This document shows, piece by piece, positions 1-10,667 of a stretch of 36,597 nucleotides of DNA. This DNA is from Octopus sinensis (lineage: Eukaryota): the NCBI RefSeq assembly GCF_006345805.1, contig NW_021824692.1, forward strand, positions 1-36,597, given 5' to 3'. Within the stretch, counting starts at the first letter, position 1. Every line of letters starts with the position of its first letter. The translations under genes and the position numbers were made by a program. The notes beneath the pieces are model-generated. The model made no database searches. It was not told where the DNA came from and was given only the letters and a program-made list of their open reading frames with translations.

Positions 1-204
1 CGTAAAATTTCAAGAGAATTGGTTGGAAAATTAATTGAAATCAAGCGGTAACCAATTTTTTTTGGGGGGATGCCATTTCTTGATAATCTGTTAGCTAATG
101 GTGAATTCTGTTTAATCTTTTCATCATAACTTTCAGTATCATGTTGAAGTTTCTTTGTCAGAGAAGGGGAGATATACATATTTGCGAAAAAAATATTTAT
201 CACT

Positions 205-335
205 GGCGTGGCTGTGTGGTTAAGAAGCTTGCTTCCCAACCATGAGGTCTTCGGTTCAGTCTCATTGCGTGGTATCATCCTTGAGTGAATGTCTTCTACT
301 CTATTCCCCGACCGGCTAAATCTTGGGGTGATTTC
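205..335 (+). mobile_element. tRNA-derived SINE family A, 5' fragment
   Basis: GGCGTGGCTGTGTGGTTAAGAAG (A-box-like) ... GGTTCAGTC (B-box-like) ... GTCTTCTACT; same head as the copies at 489, 590 and 28725. 3' boundary approximate. Confidence 0.7.
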
Positions 336-423
336 GTTATAACTTCTCGTATCAAGTTCGTATGAATAAAGTTACCGCAATTGATAAAAGTTTCAGTTAA
401 ATTTCGATTCTCCATGTTCCTCT

Positions 424-472
424 GATCGGATCAGCTGGAACACTCGTCGTCGTAAGCGACGGAGCACCAGTT
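424..472 (+). mobile_element. 3' tail fragment of a SINE (probably family C)
   Basis: GATCAGCTGGAACACTCGTCGTCGTAAGCGACGGAG recurs as CTGGAACCCTCATCATCGTAACCGACGGAG near 32070-32100; family link is from memory. Confidence 0.45.
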
Positions 473-488
473 TACGTATGCAGGAATG

Positions 489-589
489 GCTGTTTGATAA
501 GTAGCTTGTTTACCAACCACATGCTCCCGGTTTCAGTTCCACTGCGTGGCACTTTTGGCAAGTGTCTTCTACTATAGCCTTGACCGACC
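489..589 (+). mobile_element. SINE family A fragment (tRNA head plus CORE-like TTGGCAAGTG motif)
   Basis: CCAACCACATG...TTCAGTTCCACTGCGTGGCAC...GGCAAGTGTCTTCTACTATAGCC aligns with the other family A copies. Confidence 0.7.
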
Positions 590-723
590 GTCTACCAAAT
601 CCACTCACAAGATTTTGGTTGGCCCGAGGCTATATTAGAAGACGTTTGTCCAAGTTGCCACACAGCGGGCCTGAACCTGGAACTATGTGGCTAGCAAGCA
701 AGCTTCTTACCACACACCCACGC
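590..723 (-). mobile_element. SINE family A, 5' portion, inverted against the 489-589 copy
   Basis: Reverse complement reads GCGTGGGTGTGTGGTAAGAAGCTTGCTTG...GGTTCAGG...GTCTTCTAATATAGCCTCGGGCCAACC...GTGAGTGGATTTGGTAGAC. Confidence 0.8.
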
Positions 724-971
724 AAAATCCCTTTGCAAATTGCGATAGTGAACAAAACAGAAATATGATTTCAAAATTATTCTCTCTGTGCTGTCTGGAA
801 ACACATATTCACTGTCTAGTCGTTGGGGACCCTCGTTCTAGACATACCCTTAGTTGGTCCGTTACTTCTTGTCATATGCATCAAACATTTGGTTTGAGGC
901 TCAATTAGTCTGTCTTTAACTGTCATACGCATCGTATACATGCACACACGCACAAACTCATATAAGTCTGA

Positions 972-1026
972 GTGGTAGTGGTGCTGGTGGTGGTGGTGGT
1001 GGTGGTGCTGCTGGCGGTGCTGGTGG
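972..1026. repeat. (GGT)n microsatellite
   Basis: Imperfect GGT run read directly. Confidence 0.9.
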
Positions 1027-1074
1027 CATTGACATTACGATGTTGGGGTGTCGATGGGGTTGATGATGTTCACA

Positions 1075-1324
1075 GGCGGCGAGCTGGCAGAATCGTTAGC
1101 ACGCCGGGCGAAATGCTTAGCGGTATTTCGTCTGCCGCTACGTTCTGAGTTCAAATTCCGCCGAGGTCGACTTTGCCTTTCATCCTTTCGGGGTCGATTA
1201 ATTAAGTATCAGTTACGCACTGGGGTCGTTGTAATCGACTTAATCCGTTTGTCTGTCCTTGTTTGTCCTCTCTGTGTTTAGCCCCTTGTAGGGTAGTAAA
1301 GATAAAGATAAAGAAAAAGAAAAA
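1075..1324 (+). mobile_element. Full-length tRNA-derived SINE family B with target-site duplication
   Basis: GGCGGCGAGCTGGCAGAATCGTTAGC head, GAGTTCAAATTCC B-box, A-rich tail; TSD GATGATGTTCACAG at 1062-1075 and 1325-1338. Confidence 0.9.
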
Positions 1325-1396
1325 GATGATGTTCACAGAACGGCCAGTGAGATCTGTCAGCCGATCATGAAACAGTATTGAACACTCTCACTAGAC

Positions 1397-1408
1397 TACT
1401 ACGACGAC

Positions 1409-1445
<37 letters not shown>

Positions 1446-1681
1446 TTGGTGATGATGCGGAGGAGGAGGAAAAAGGAGGAAGAAGATGATGATGATGAGG
1501 AAGGTGGTGATGGTGGTGGTGATGGTGGTGGAAGTGGTGGTGGTAGTAGTAATGGTGTTTGTATCGCTGGTGGTATAGGTGGCAGTGGGGAAATACCCAT
1601 GGTTATAGAGGGTATATTTGCTGTTGATGTTATGTTTATAATAATTCTTTTGTTATTGTTGACATTGTTGTAAAATGCTAC

Positions 1682-1714
<33 letters not shown>

Positions 1715-1980
1715 CGTTGCAGTTGTTATTGCAGATCATATTGTTTAGTAAGCGTTTCTCTTTGTGTCTGTGTGTCGACGGGCTTTCAGTTGCTCTTTGA
1801 CCCCACTGTAATGGAGTCCTGATTATTATTGTTGTTGCATCTGTTGTCGTTACTGTCTTTGTCTTTATTGTTGGTCGGTTGTGCTGCCGTTGCTGGTGTT
1901 GTTATTGTTGTTGCTGTTGTTGTTGTTGTTGTTCTTCTTCTTCCTTTTCTTCTTCTTCCTCTTCTTCTTCGTGCTGATGA
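1397..1980. repeat. Compound trinucleotide microsatellites (GAT, GGT, GTT, CTT)
   Basis: Direct reading; source of the poly-M/D/G/S/K ORFs. Confidence 0.9.
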
Positions 1981-2304
1981 TGGTAATTAAGTTGGAGGTG
2001 CGAGGATGGCGTGAGGATGGTTGTGAGTCTATATATACTTCCAGAACACAGTAGGTGATTAATCTACAAATCATTGATTTAAAAATCTACGAAATATATA
2101 CACCAAGGAGATTTCTTAACTAAACAACTCTGACATAATGACTGATCGGGTTTCAATTCCACACCGATGACCCTTAACATAACTAACACTTGACGCAACA
2201 CGTACAATAAGGCCAGCAGATTCATAACCTTCTTTCTCCTTTCGACTTCTTCCTCATCATTTTTAAAAATTTAACATCCTTCTGTCTCGTTATGTACACA
2301 TGTC

Positions 2305-2502
2305 CCCCCCCTCTCTCTCTCTCTCTATCATTCGTTGATTCTCTTTTATTCCACGTCTCATTCTCCCGCGTTTACTCTTTCGTGTCACACTCTCTTAATA
2401 AAAATATACACGCGTAACATTATATACACGCACTCACAAAACGATGCATAAACACGTTCGCACACAACTACACACATATAAATACTCATGTTTCAAGCTT
2501 CC

Positions 2503-2561
<59 letters not shown>

Positions 2562-2845
2562 AACACTCACACACACACTCACACACACATATTCATTCTC
2601 AGCCCCTCCCTCTTTCTCTAAAAATATATATACACAAATTCAGTTCAGTCTCACTGTCACGATTTTTTATACTCTCACTATCTCTCTCCCTCCCTCTCTC
2701 TCCCTCCTCCCTCTCTCTCCATCCTCCCTCTCTCTACTTCCTTCTCTCTTTCCCTCCTCTCTCTCTCTCTTAAATCTTACATATTCCCATTTACTATCGT
2801 GTTTTCTATATATGTATATATATGTGTGTGTGTGTGTGTGTTTAT
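2305..2845. repeat. (CT)n/(CA)n/(TG)n compound microsatellite
   Basis: Direct reading. Confidence 0.9.
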
Positions 2846-3011
2846 GCCTGTATGCACGTACGTATGTATATATACTTTAGATCATATACGACCGTGTGTG
2901 TACACAGTCATATATATAATGTACATATATGGTGTAGGTGTTGGCAGATATGTCTATTGCTGTGGCCAAAATGTTGCTGATGATGATGTTTATATTATTA
3001 GTAGTATTATT

Positions 3012-3426
3012 TATTTCTTTATTGCCCACAGGAGGCTAAACATAGAGGGGACAAAGAAGGACAGAAAAAGGGATCAAGTCGATTACACCGACCCCAGTGC
3101 GAAACTGGTACTTTATTTATCCACCCCGAAAGGATGAAAGGCAAAGTCGACCTCGGCGGAATTTGAACTCAGAACTTAGCGACAGACGAAATACCTATTT
3201 CTTTATTACCCACAAGGGGCTAAACACAGAGGGAACAAACAAGGACAGACATAGGTATTAAGTCGATTACATCGACCCCAGTTCGTAACTGGTACTGTAT
3301 TTATCGACCCCGAAAGGATGAAAGACTAAGTCGACCTCGGCGGAATTTGAACTCAGAACTTAGCGACAGACGAAATACTGCTAAGCATTTCGCCCGGCGT
3401 GCTAACGTGTCTGCCAGCTCGCCGCC
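3012..3426 (-). mobile_element. Dimeric SINE family B (full unit 3195-3426 plus 5'-truncated unit 3012-3194) inside one TSD
   Basis: Two tandem units; 15-bp direct repeat ATTAGTAGTATTATT at 2997-3011 and 3427-3441. Confidence 0.9.
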
Positions 3427-3572
3427 ATTAGTAGTATTATTGTAATGACGGTAGTTTAACTTCGTGTCAGATTCGATCTCGTGAACTTCTTCCATTCGCT
3501 ATCTTTGTCTCCTTTTGTATCGAATCAGAATTCATCTGAGAATACGTTAAAGGCGTTAGAGAAAGTATGAAT

Positions 3573-3817
3573 GCGCGTGGCTTGGTAGTTAGGGTATTCG
3601 GCTGACGATCGTAAAGCCGTGAGTTCAGTTCTCGTTGACGTATTGTGTCGTTGGGCAAGACACTTTATTTCATGCCGCTACAGTTTCACCCACCACCACC
3701 CACGCTCCTCAACTGGTTAAAATAAGTTGTAAGTGTAATACAAAAGGGCCTGATTTGTCAAATTCTGTGTCACGCTGAATCTCCACGAGAACCATGTTAA
3801 GGGTACACGTGTCTGTG
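3573..3817 (+). mobile_element. tRNA-derived SINE family C, 3'-truncated
   Basis: GCGCGTGGCTTGGTAGTTAGG A-box-like, GAGTTCAGTTC B-box-like, TGTGTCGTTGGGCAAGACACTT central SINE-domain motif. Confidence 0.7.
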
Positions 3818-4025
3818 TAATATTATAACCTCTTTGACATTAATTTTAGAGGACTGCTGTTTCATTAATCACATGAACTAGAAGGAACCCTTGGCTTCGT
3901 AGCTAACGGAAAAACAATTTAGTTTAGATTGATATTTTATGCAGATAAATCAACCACCTATATAAATTACCAGATATAGTTGGCATTGTTTTTCTCGTTT
4001 AACCCGCTTCTTTTAATTAGATCTA

Positions 4026-4352
4026 ATTTGATGGACATTTGGCTACTGCTTGACCAAAGCCTACGGGGTCGTATGCGGTCACTAACTTTAGTATCTCAGT
4101 GCATGTTTGCGTATTTCTTGTTTACATTGTTGATATTGTGGCCTCTCCTCCTGTGTTTAAGCAAGATTTGAAGGACATTTGGCTGTTATTTGACCAAGGC
4201 GTTTTCCTTACATAGAGTGAGGACCTTTATACCTCTCTATGTTTGTTCCTTTGTGGGGCTCGCACCCAGTTGTTGTTGATATTACTGTTCTCTTTAGACC
4301 CCTTCCTTTGATCAGGTGTGATTTGAGGGACATTTGGCTGTTATTTGTCCAA
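4026..4352. repeat. Three copies of a 32-bp motif spaced 140 and 155 bp apart
   Basis: ATTTGA.GGACATTTGGCT..T..TTG.CCAA at 4026, 4166 and 4321. Confidence 0.7.
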
Positions 4353-4789
4353 ACCCTATCAGCTATATTGTATGTTTTGTTTGTTTGCGTGGTGCGTATT
4401 TACGTAGACCTATACCACCTCATTGTAAAGCCAACAAAGAGAGGAGAGGTGTATGAGGGAGTTTATGTGTATTTGTTATGTGTGATTTTTATTTTTATGT
4501 GTGTGTATGCGTGAGTTAATTTTCTATACGTGTGCTTGTACATTTGTATGCGTGTATTTATTGAGGTGAAAAAAAAAATAGGGAAAGAAGAACAAAATAA
4601 AGTAAATATCAAAATGAAAGCCACAGAGAGAACAAAATACAATTGCAAAGCTTCTTCTAAAAGTGAAAGTAGGCTTTGTCAAAGAGCGACCTTTTTGTGA
4701 ATTGTAGTTTGAACTGACACAATGGAGACAAAAAAATGGGTTCAGTATTGTTAATAAGAACAGCAGTCAGGTAACAGGTAGAACATGAA

Positions 4790-5094
4790 TAACTTAATTC
4801 ACAATGAATAGAACAACACAACACAAACTGCAACTACTACAACAATAACTACAACAATTACACCAATAAAAAAGAGCTGCAACAGTAAAAATAAATAATG
4901 ACATTAGCATAGAATAACCTCGACAGTTCAGAGACATAGCAACCAGCGACAAAAAGAAGGGAACTGTAGTATAATGACAATAAGAGAAATAAACGTTGGG
5001 ATATGTATAAATAACAATAGAACATATAAAAGGAAAATATAACAAAACGTTAGATACCTCGGGAGAGACACAGAGGTGGGGGGTAGAGGGAAAT

Positions 5095-5144
<50 letters not shown>

Positions 5145-5556
5145 GTTGATGGGGTGAGAAGAGGTGAGAGATGGTGGGAGGGAAAAGACTGGGTGGAAAT
5201 GAGAAGGGGGAAAAAAATACTTGAGTAAAGTTTACATAATTTTCAGTAAAATTATAAGGAAGAAAACAAATATGGTAAATCTAACAACAATGACAATAAC
5301 AATAAGAGAAATATCGATAACAATAACAACAATAGCAACAGAAATGAGAACAACTATTGGAGAAGCCACCACAAGAACAACAACAACAACAACAACAACG
5401 ATAGTATTATGTACAATATCAACAATATTAAGCTGAACAATAAGAAGCAAAAGGTTGAAAAGAATGGTATTGGTTAAAACGAACGCAAATATAATGGGAA
5501 CAACAGACGATACAAATACGTATATACATTCGCATGGATATATATATATTCATATG

Positions 5557-5591
<35 letters not shown>

Positions 5592-5709
5592 CACAAATGC
5601 ATATACATATGTACATACACGTATATCTGATTATATCTGTATGTATATGTACGTATATGCACATATGCATGGCTGTCTATATGTCTTTCTCTCTCGCCCT
5701 CTCACTCAT

Positions 5710-5784
<75 letters not shown>

Positions 5785-5861
5785 GTATATATAATATATA
5801 TATATACATATATATATTTATATATATATAATATATATATATATAATATATATATATATAT

Positions 5862-5894
<33 letters not shown>

Positions 5895-5988
5895 CCGATT
5901 GAAAAAGACATATATATATATGTATGTATGCATAATATGCCTACATATACAAATATGTGCATGTATGTATGTATATATTATATATATA

Positions 5989-6027
<39 letters not shown>

Positions 6028-6500
6028 TAATATATATATATACATGTATATGAACACACGTGCAGATTTATATATGAATATGTATCATAGATGCACACAC
6101 ACACGCATACACGTACTCAAACATGTATGTGTATGTATTTACGTGGATGTGTATAAGTATATACATACACACATATATATACATATATACATATATATAT
6201 ATTTACATACATACACGCATGTGTGTGTATATATGTATATATATAAATACATTCATGTGTGTACGCATGTGTGTGTGTGCGTGTGTGTGTGTGTGTTGCA
6301 TACATAAACATATGCACAGAGCGGTAGTGAGAGAAAGTTGATAAATAGATCAACAGATATGCTATAATATTAATATGTGTGCATATGCGTACATACATGT
6401 ATATATGTGTGTGTATACGTGTACGTATGTGCGCGTGTGTACATGTGTATATATATATGTGTGTGTGTCTGTGTGTGTGTATGTGTGTGTGTGTGTGTAC
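4790..6500. repeat. Low-complexity block: AAC-rich, (AG)n, (TA)n, (CA)n, (TG)n
   Basis: Direct reading. Confidence 0.9.
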
Positions 6501-6865
6501 ATCAACCTCTTAATAAACTCATGTCTGCAGTACCGTATATACTCTACTATAAAGAACTGTCAGACTAACCCTATTGTTCGCGGTAGTTTCTGAGTCTGTA
6601 ACCTACTATTTTGTTACCCAGCAACCCCCTAGTTACCAGCAATAAACTATACCATTTCAGAGAAATCTCACCCCACTTCCCTGTCCTCATATACCATTTT
6701 AGATGGAACTCCCTTCTTTTAACGTCCCCATATATACATTTCAGATAAACCTCACCTACTCCACAATCTCATCTGCCATTTTAGCCATTGTCTCATATTC
6801 TTCGTAGCAATATCGATATTTCAAATGATATACAGCAATAAATATTGATTATTAGCATAGACGCA

Positions 6866-7096
6866 GGCGGCGAGCCGGCAGAATTGTTAGCACGCTGGAC
6901 GAAATACTTAGCAGCATTTCGTCCGTCTTTACGTTTTGGGTTCAAATACCAATGACGTCCGAATTTGTCTTTCATCCTTTTGGGGGTCGATAAAAGAAGT
7001 ACCGATTGGGTACTGGGTCGATATAATTGAATTCTCCTTCCCACAAAATTTCAGGCTCTAAGTCTTTAGTAGAAAAAGTTATTATTATTATTATTA
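6866..7096 (+). mobile_element. SINE family B variant with a different 3' tail ending in (TTA)n
   Basis: Family B head and body to ...GGGTCGATAT, then CTCCTTCCCACAAAATTTCAGGC...GTAGAAAAAG(TTA)n instead of the AGCCCCTTGTGGG tail. Confidence 0.75.
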
Positions 7097-7149
7097 CCAT
7101 TTCGCTACTGAATGTCAATTTAGATAGCAGGTATGTTCTCTTGGGGTTT

Positions 7150-7352
7150 GCTGATTACGTTCCGAGTTCAAATTCCGTCAGGATTAAATTTGCCTTTCAA
7201 CCCTTTCAAGATCGATAAAATACGTACTAGTTGAACACTAGTAGACCCTCCCAGAAACCTGCTGGCCTTTCGACCCCGAAAGGAGGAAAGGCAAGGTCGA
7301 CCTCGGCGGAATTTGAACTCAGAACACAAAAACAGACGAAATACCGCTAAGC
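7150..7352. mobile_element. Two SINE family B fragments: + (~7150-7260) and - (~7268-7352)
   Basis: GAGTTCAAATTCCG on +; CGACCCCGAAAGG...GGAATTTGAACTCAG...GAAATACCGCTAAGC on -. Confidence 0.7.
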
Positions 7353-7368
7353 TTATTATTTACAGTAC

Positions 7369-7500
7369 TTTCATTTAACGGATATTTGTCCTCGTCTTGT
7401 TTGTTATTAACACAACTTTTCGGTTGATATACCCTCCAGCCTTCATCAGGTGTCTTGGGAAAATATCGAAGCTAGGTTCTCCTAAGGTATTTTTCGATGT
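7369..7500 (-). mobile_element. Penelope-like (PLE) terminal fragment
   Basis: TTTCGG...CCTTCATCAGG signature that I associate with PLE pseudo-LTRs; contains a hammerhead-like core. Confidence 0.5.
7409..7454 (-). ncRNA. Degenerate minimal type I hammerhead ribozyme
   Basis: GACAC-CUGAUGA-A-GGCUG(loop)CAACC-GAAA-AG-UU-GUGUU. Helix I GACAC/GUGUU pairs, helix II has one mismatch, helix III is broken (A where C is expected). Confidence 0.5.
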
Positions 7501-7511
7501 TATGACAGACA

Positions 7512-7602
7512 TAGGGCGAAGTGGTTAAGAGCTCGGGCTACTAACCCCAAGATACCGAGTTCGATTACAAGCAGTGACCTGAATAATAATAATAATGATA
7601 AT

Positions 7603-7651
<49 letters not shown>
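7512..7651 (+). mobile_element. Short tRNA-like SINE or tRNA pseudogene with (AAT)n tail
   Basis: GGCGAAGTGGTTAAG A-box, GAGTTCGATT B-box, then an (AAT)n run at 7582-7651; acceptor stem not recoverable. Confidence 0.6.
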
Positions 7652-7654
<3 letters not shown>

Positions 7655-7828
7655 TGGCAATAAGGAACAATATTTATTTTTTTATCAATTTCTTTTCATA
7701 ATGGTTTTTGTTATTTCTGGTGTAGTTGTTGAACTGCAGGTCAGCTTGAAGGATTGAAGACTGAACTGAAGTTCATCCTTACTTTTCTGTATTTCAGATA
7801 TATTGTATTCTTCAATGTATATTATATA

Positions 7829-8067
7829 CAGTAATCTCACCATATCGCGGTTCACCTATCGCGGTTCACCTATCACGGTTCACCCATCGTAGTTTATTAT
7901 GCCAGCTTTTGTCGATTTCTCCGCGGTGTTGTTTTGCATTTATGATAAAATAGATATATTCAAATTATATAAATAATTTTTTAAAATATACTGTCTCTAC
8001 TTTGCGAATTTTCACCTGTTGCAGGGCTGTCTGAAACGTAATACCCGCGATAGTTGAGGGATTACTG
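7829..8067. mobile_element. Tigger/pogo-like (Tc1/mariner) MITE
   Basis: Termini CAGTAATC...TATCGCGG and CCGCGATAG...GATTACTG; TA on the left (right TA reads CA); internal 14-bp repeat TATCGCGGTTCACC x3. Confidence 0.75.
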
Positions 8068-8829
8068 CAATATGTATTTCATTAAAAATAAAGGTGTGAT
8101 TTCAGGGAAACTTGATTGCCGTTTCTAGCATATGAAATGACTCCCTATAAGCACCTTTATTGGTGGTAGTAGTTACGCTGTTGTTATTGTTGTTGGTGTC
8201 GGTGGTGGTGGTCGTGTTGGTGGGGGTGTTGGTTGTGGTGATGGTTGTGGTGATGATTGTGGTAGTAGTGGCCATAGTTGTTGCTATTGTGGTTGTGATG
8301 GTAGATGTGATGGTATTGATATCGACGGTAGTGGTGATGTTTTCTTGTCTTAGAAATGTAATATTGATATTTAAATTAGAGCCGACAATTTTAACCTCTT
8401 AACCTTCTTAAAATAATCTAATTAAAATGATTTACGCAATGAGAAAAATAGCAATACTATTTCATTACTATATATATTACAATCCTTTCAACAAAGATGA
8501 AGAGTCAAAATCGGACATGTTTTTGCCTTATTCGCATTAGTGAAGCATAAATTTCAACGTACTTACGAATATAGTAATGAGACGATCAATAATTAGACCA
8601 ACAATTGTATATGGGTAAGTGTAGAAATTAACAAAATTATAAAAAAGGTTTATGGCTGATTACTTAGCGGTAAAATCTACACGAAAAATAAATGTAAAGT
8701 TTGTCTTAACCTTTTACATATAATGCATATCAAAAATACAATTTAAATTTATTACGTGATGAGAAAAACAATAATGAACCAATATTTGATATTATATATT
8801 TTATGTAGTTACAAAAACACTTCATGCGT

Positions 8830-8990
8830 GGAGAAGAAAATAGAGGGCTTTATAGAGACGATGGAAGTAATTTGTTCCGCAGTCATTTCCCCACTTAACA
8901 TAGGTGAGGAAAATACTTCCAACCAAACAAACTTCCTGGACATAAAAGCATCGAAACTCAAAAAGAAATTTAAATAAAGAAACTGTTAAT
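8830..8990 (+). pseudogene. Possible decayed Penelope reverse transcriptase fragment
   Basis: EENTSNQTNFLDIKASKLKKKFK resembles the PLE RT motif E.E.NN.LNFLDI; short match judged by eye. Confidence 0.3.
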
Positions 8991-9104
8991 CTCTATTAAG
9001 TTTATTTTTGAAGTTATAGTGGAGGGATAAATAGTACATCATTCTGAACACATCAACAAACTAAATATTTAATTTGATAGCCAGGCATAAGAATAAGCCA
9101 CCAC

Positions 9105-9188
9105 TATATAAAATGACATTTCAGCGCATCTCATTCGCAATTCTTCAGAGTATTGCATTTGCAATATGGCCTGGTCGGAATCGTGAGT
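9105..9188 (+). promoter_or_regulatory. Candidate TATA/Inr core promoter with a short first exon
   Basis: TATATAAA 9105-9112, TCATTC 9131-9136, AATATGG (ATG 9166), donor GTGAGT at 9183; alternative acceptor TTTCAG ending at 9124. Confidence 0.25.
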
Positions 9189-9319
9189 ACCTGCTTAATA
9201 ATTTGAGATATGACGATACTTATAATATTCCTTTCTAGAAAAAAGAATACATTTTTCACGGTAGTAAAATACGATAGAGAAATGTAAAGCATGGTTGTTT
9301 ATTTCTTTTCTTAATTATA

Positions 9320-9589
9320 GCTAACATGACGTTGATGATAACGATCATGGAGATCGCGATGATGATGATAGTGGTGGTGATGATGTTAAATGAGGATGAT
9401 GATGACGACGCCGACGACGATGACGATGATGGTGATGGAGTTGGCGATGATGGTGATGATGATAATTCAATGATGATGAGGTGAGCGTGCTGTTCAATAC
9501 GAGAATTCTTCCTGTTCATTTTCGCAATACGTTTCCTACGACTAGTAGCAGCAGCAGCAGCAACTGTAGTAGTAGTAGTAGTAGTATTT

Positions 9590-9628
<39 letters not shown>

Positions 9629-9635
9629 ATAGTAG
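9320..9635. repeat. (GAT)n, (AGC)n and (AGT)n microsatellites
   Basis: Direct reading. Confidence 0.9.
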
Positions 9636-10582
9636 TCCTTACTTATTGCATGTTTTTTTGTGGGTGAATTTAATTTTTCCTGATTCGTCAAACAAGCAAA
9701 GCGCCAATGATACGTAGATTTTTTTTTCTTTTCGAAGCTTTCAAGACTAATTGGGAATATAAAGGGGATTTCTTCTGATCAGAGTCTGGAGACTTGATCC
9801 AATTGCTTGGAACAAACTGAACTCCGTTTAAAATTCTCAAATGACCCAACGGCTGCGTTAAGCGGGAGACCGATTGAGAATACCACCCAAGAACATAGAA
9901 GGCGAAAATTCTAAACAAATGCCGTCACAATATCCTCAGCCAAAATACTGTAACATTTCCACCAACTGTTTAGATAGAAACATTATTTTATGGAACCAGA
10001 AAGAATGAAAGGCGAAGGTGACCTCGGGCGGAGTTGAACTATGGTGGGAAGTAGCCAGATCTAGGGTGAAACGGGGCGGCTGGCATGTGCTTACTTTGTA
10101 TATTGTGTTTACATTAGTGCCTCTTCTCTCGTTTTAAGACCTTCCGATTTTAAACGTTCACTGGAATGAAAAAAATATATAAACGGATTTATATGATTCT
10201 TATAAGAATTCGAAAAAATAATTTATACTACGATATCAAATTATGTGAGTGTGTAAACATACATTTTGGTATTTGTGTATTTGAATACATACATATCTAC
10301 ATATATACAAACAGAAATTGAGCGGCTAATTCGTACATTACAAGTGCAATCTGTGAGTGGAATTGTAAAAATATGAAAGACTTTTCTCCAGTTCCAAAGG
10401 TGAATTTCTCTATGTTAACTAGCTCCCTTTTCTATATTTTCTAGCTAAAAAGATTTTTTTGTCTTCTTTTTAAACTCAATGTAGTTGCATATGTTTCGAG
10501 ACTCACTAAGAAAGATTCTTCCCGTTCAACCTTTGAAATTTCCCGTTCAAGTTTGAAATTCTCACGACATCAACAATATATA

Positions 10583-10659
<77 letters not shown>

Positions 10660-10667
<8 letters not shown>

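Noticed and set aside
1075-1324. Assigning published octopus SINE names (OK, OR1, OR2, Twister) to families A-D
   Set aside because: Cannot be verified without the consensus sequences; neutral labels used.
1391-2074. Poly-M/D/G/S/N ORFs (also 8160-8402, 9256-9717, 21852-22238)
   Set aside because: Trinucleotide microsatellite artefacts.
4026-4352. CRISPR-like repeat-spacer look
   Set aside because: Eukaryotic DNA, spacers over 100 bp and partly homologous, only three imperfect repeats, no cas genes.
5455-6593. Long [12 protein letters not shown] ORFs here and at 10553-11568, 17123-17849, 18287-19511, 20180-20591 and 29823-32152
   Set aside because: Translations of stop-free dinucleotide microsatellites; no coding signal.
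7512-7580. Functional tRNA genes (also the heads at 1075, 3573 and 33199)
   Set aside because: No complete cloverleaf or Pol III terminator; they continue into SINE bodies or simple-repeat tails.
9688-9960. Unique island with a 76-aa minus-strand ORF as a possible exon
   Set aside because: No convincing donor, all plus frames closed, peptide not recognised.
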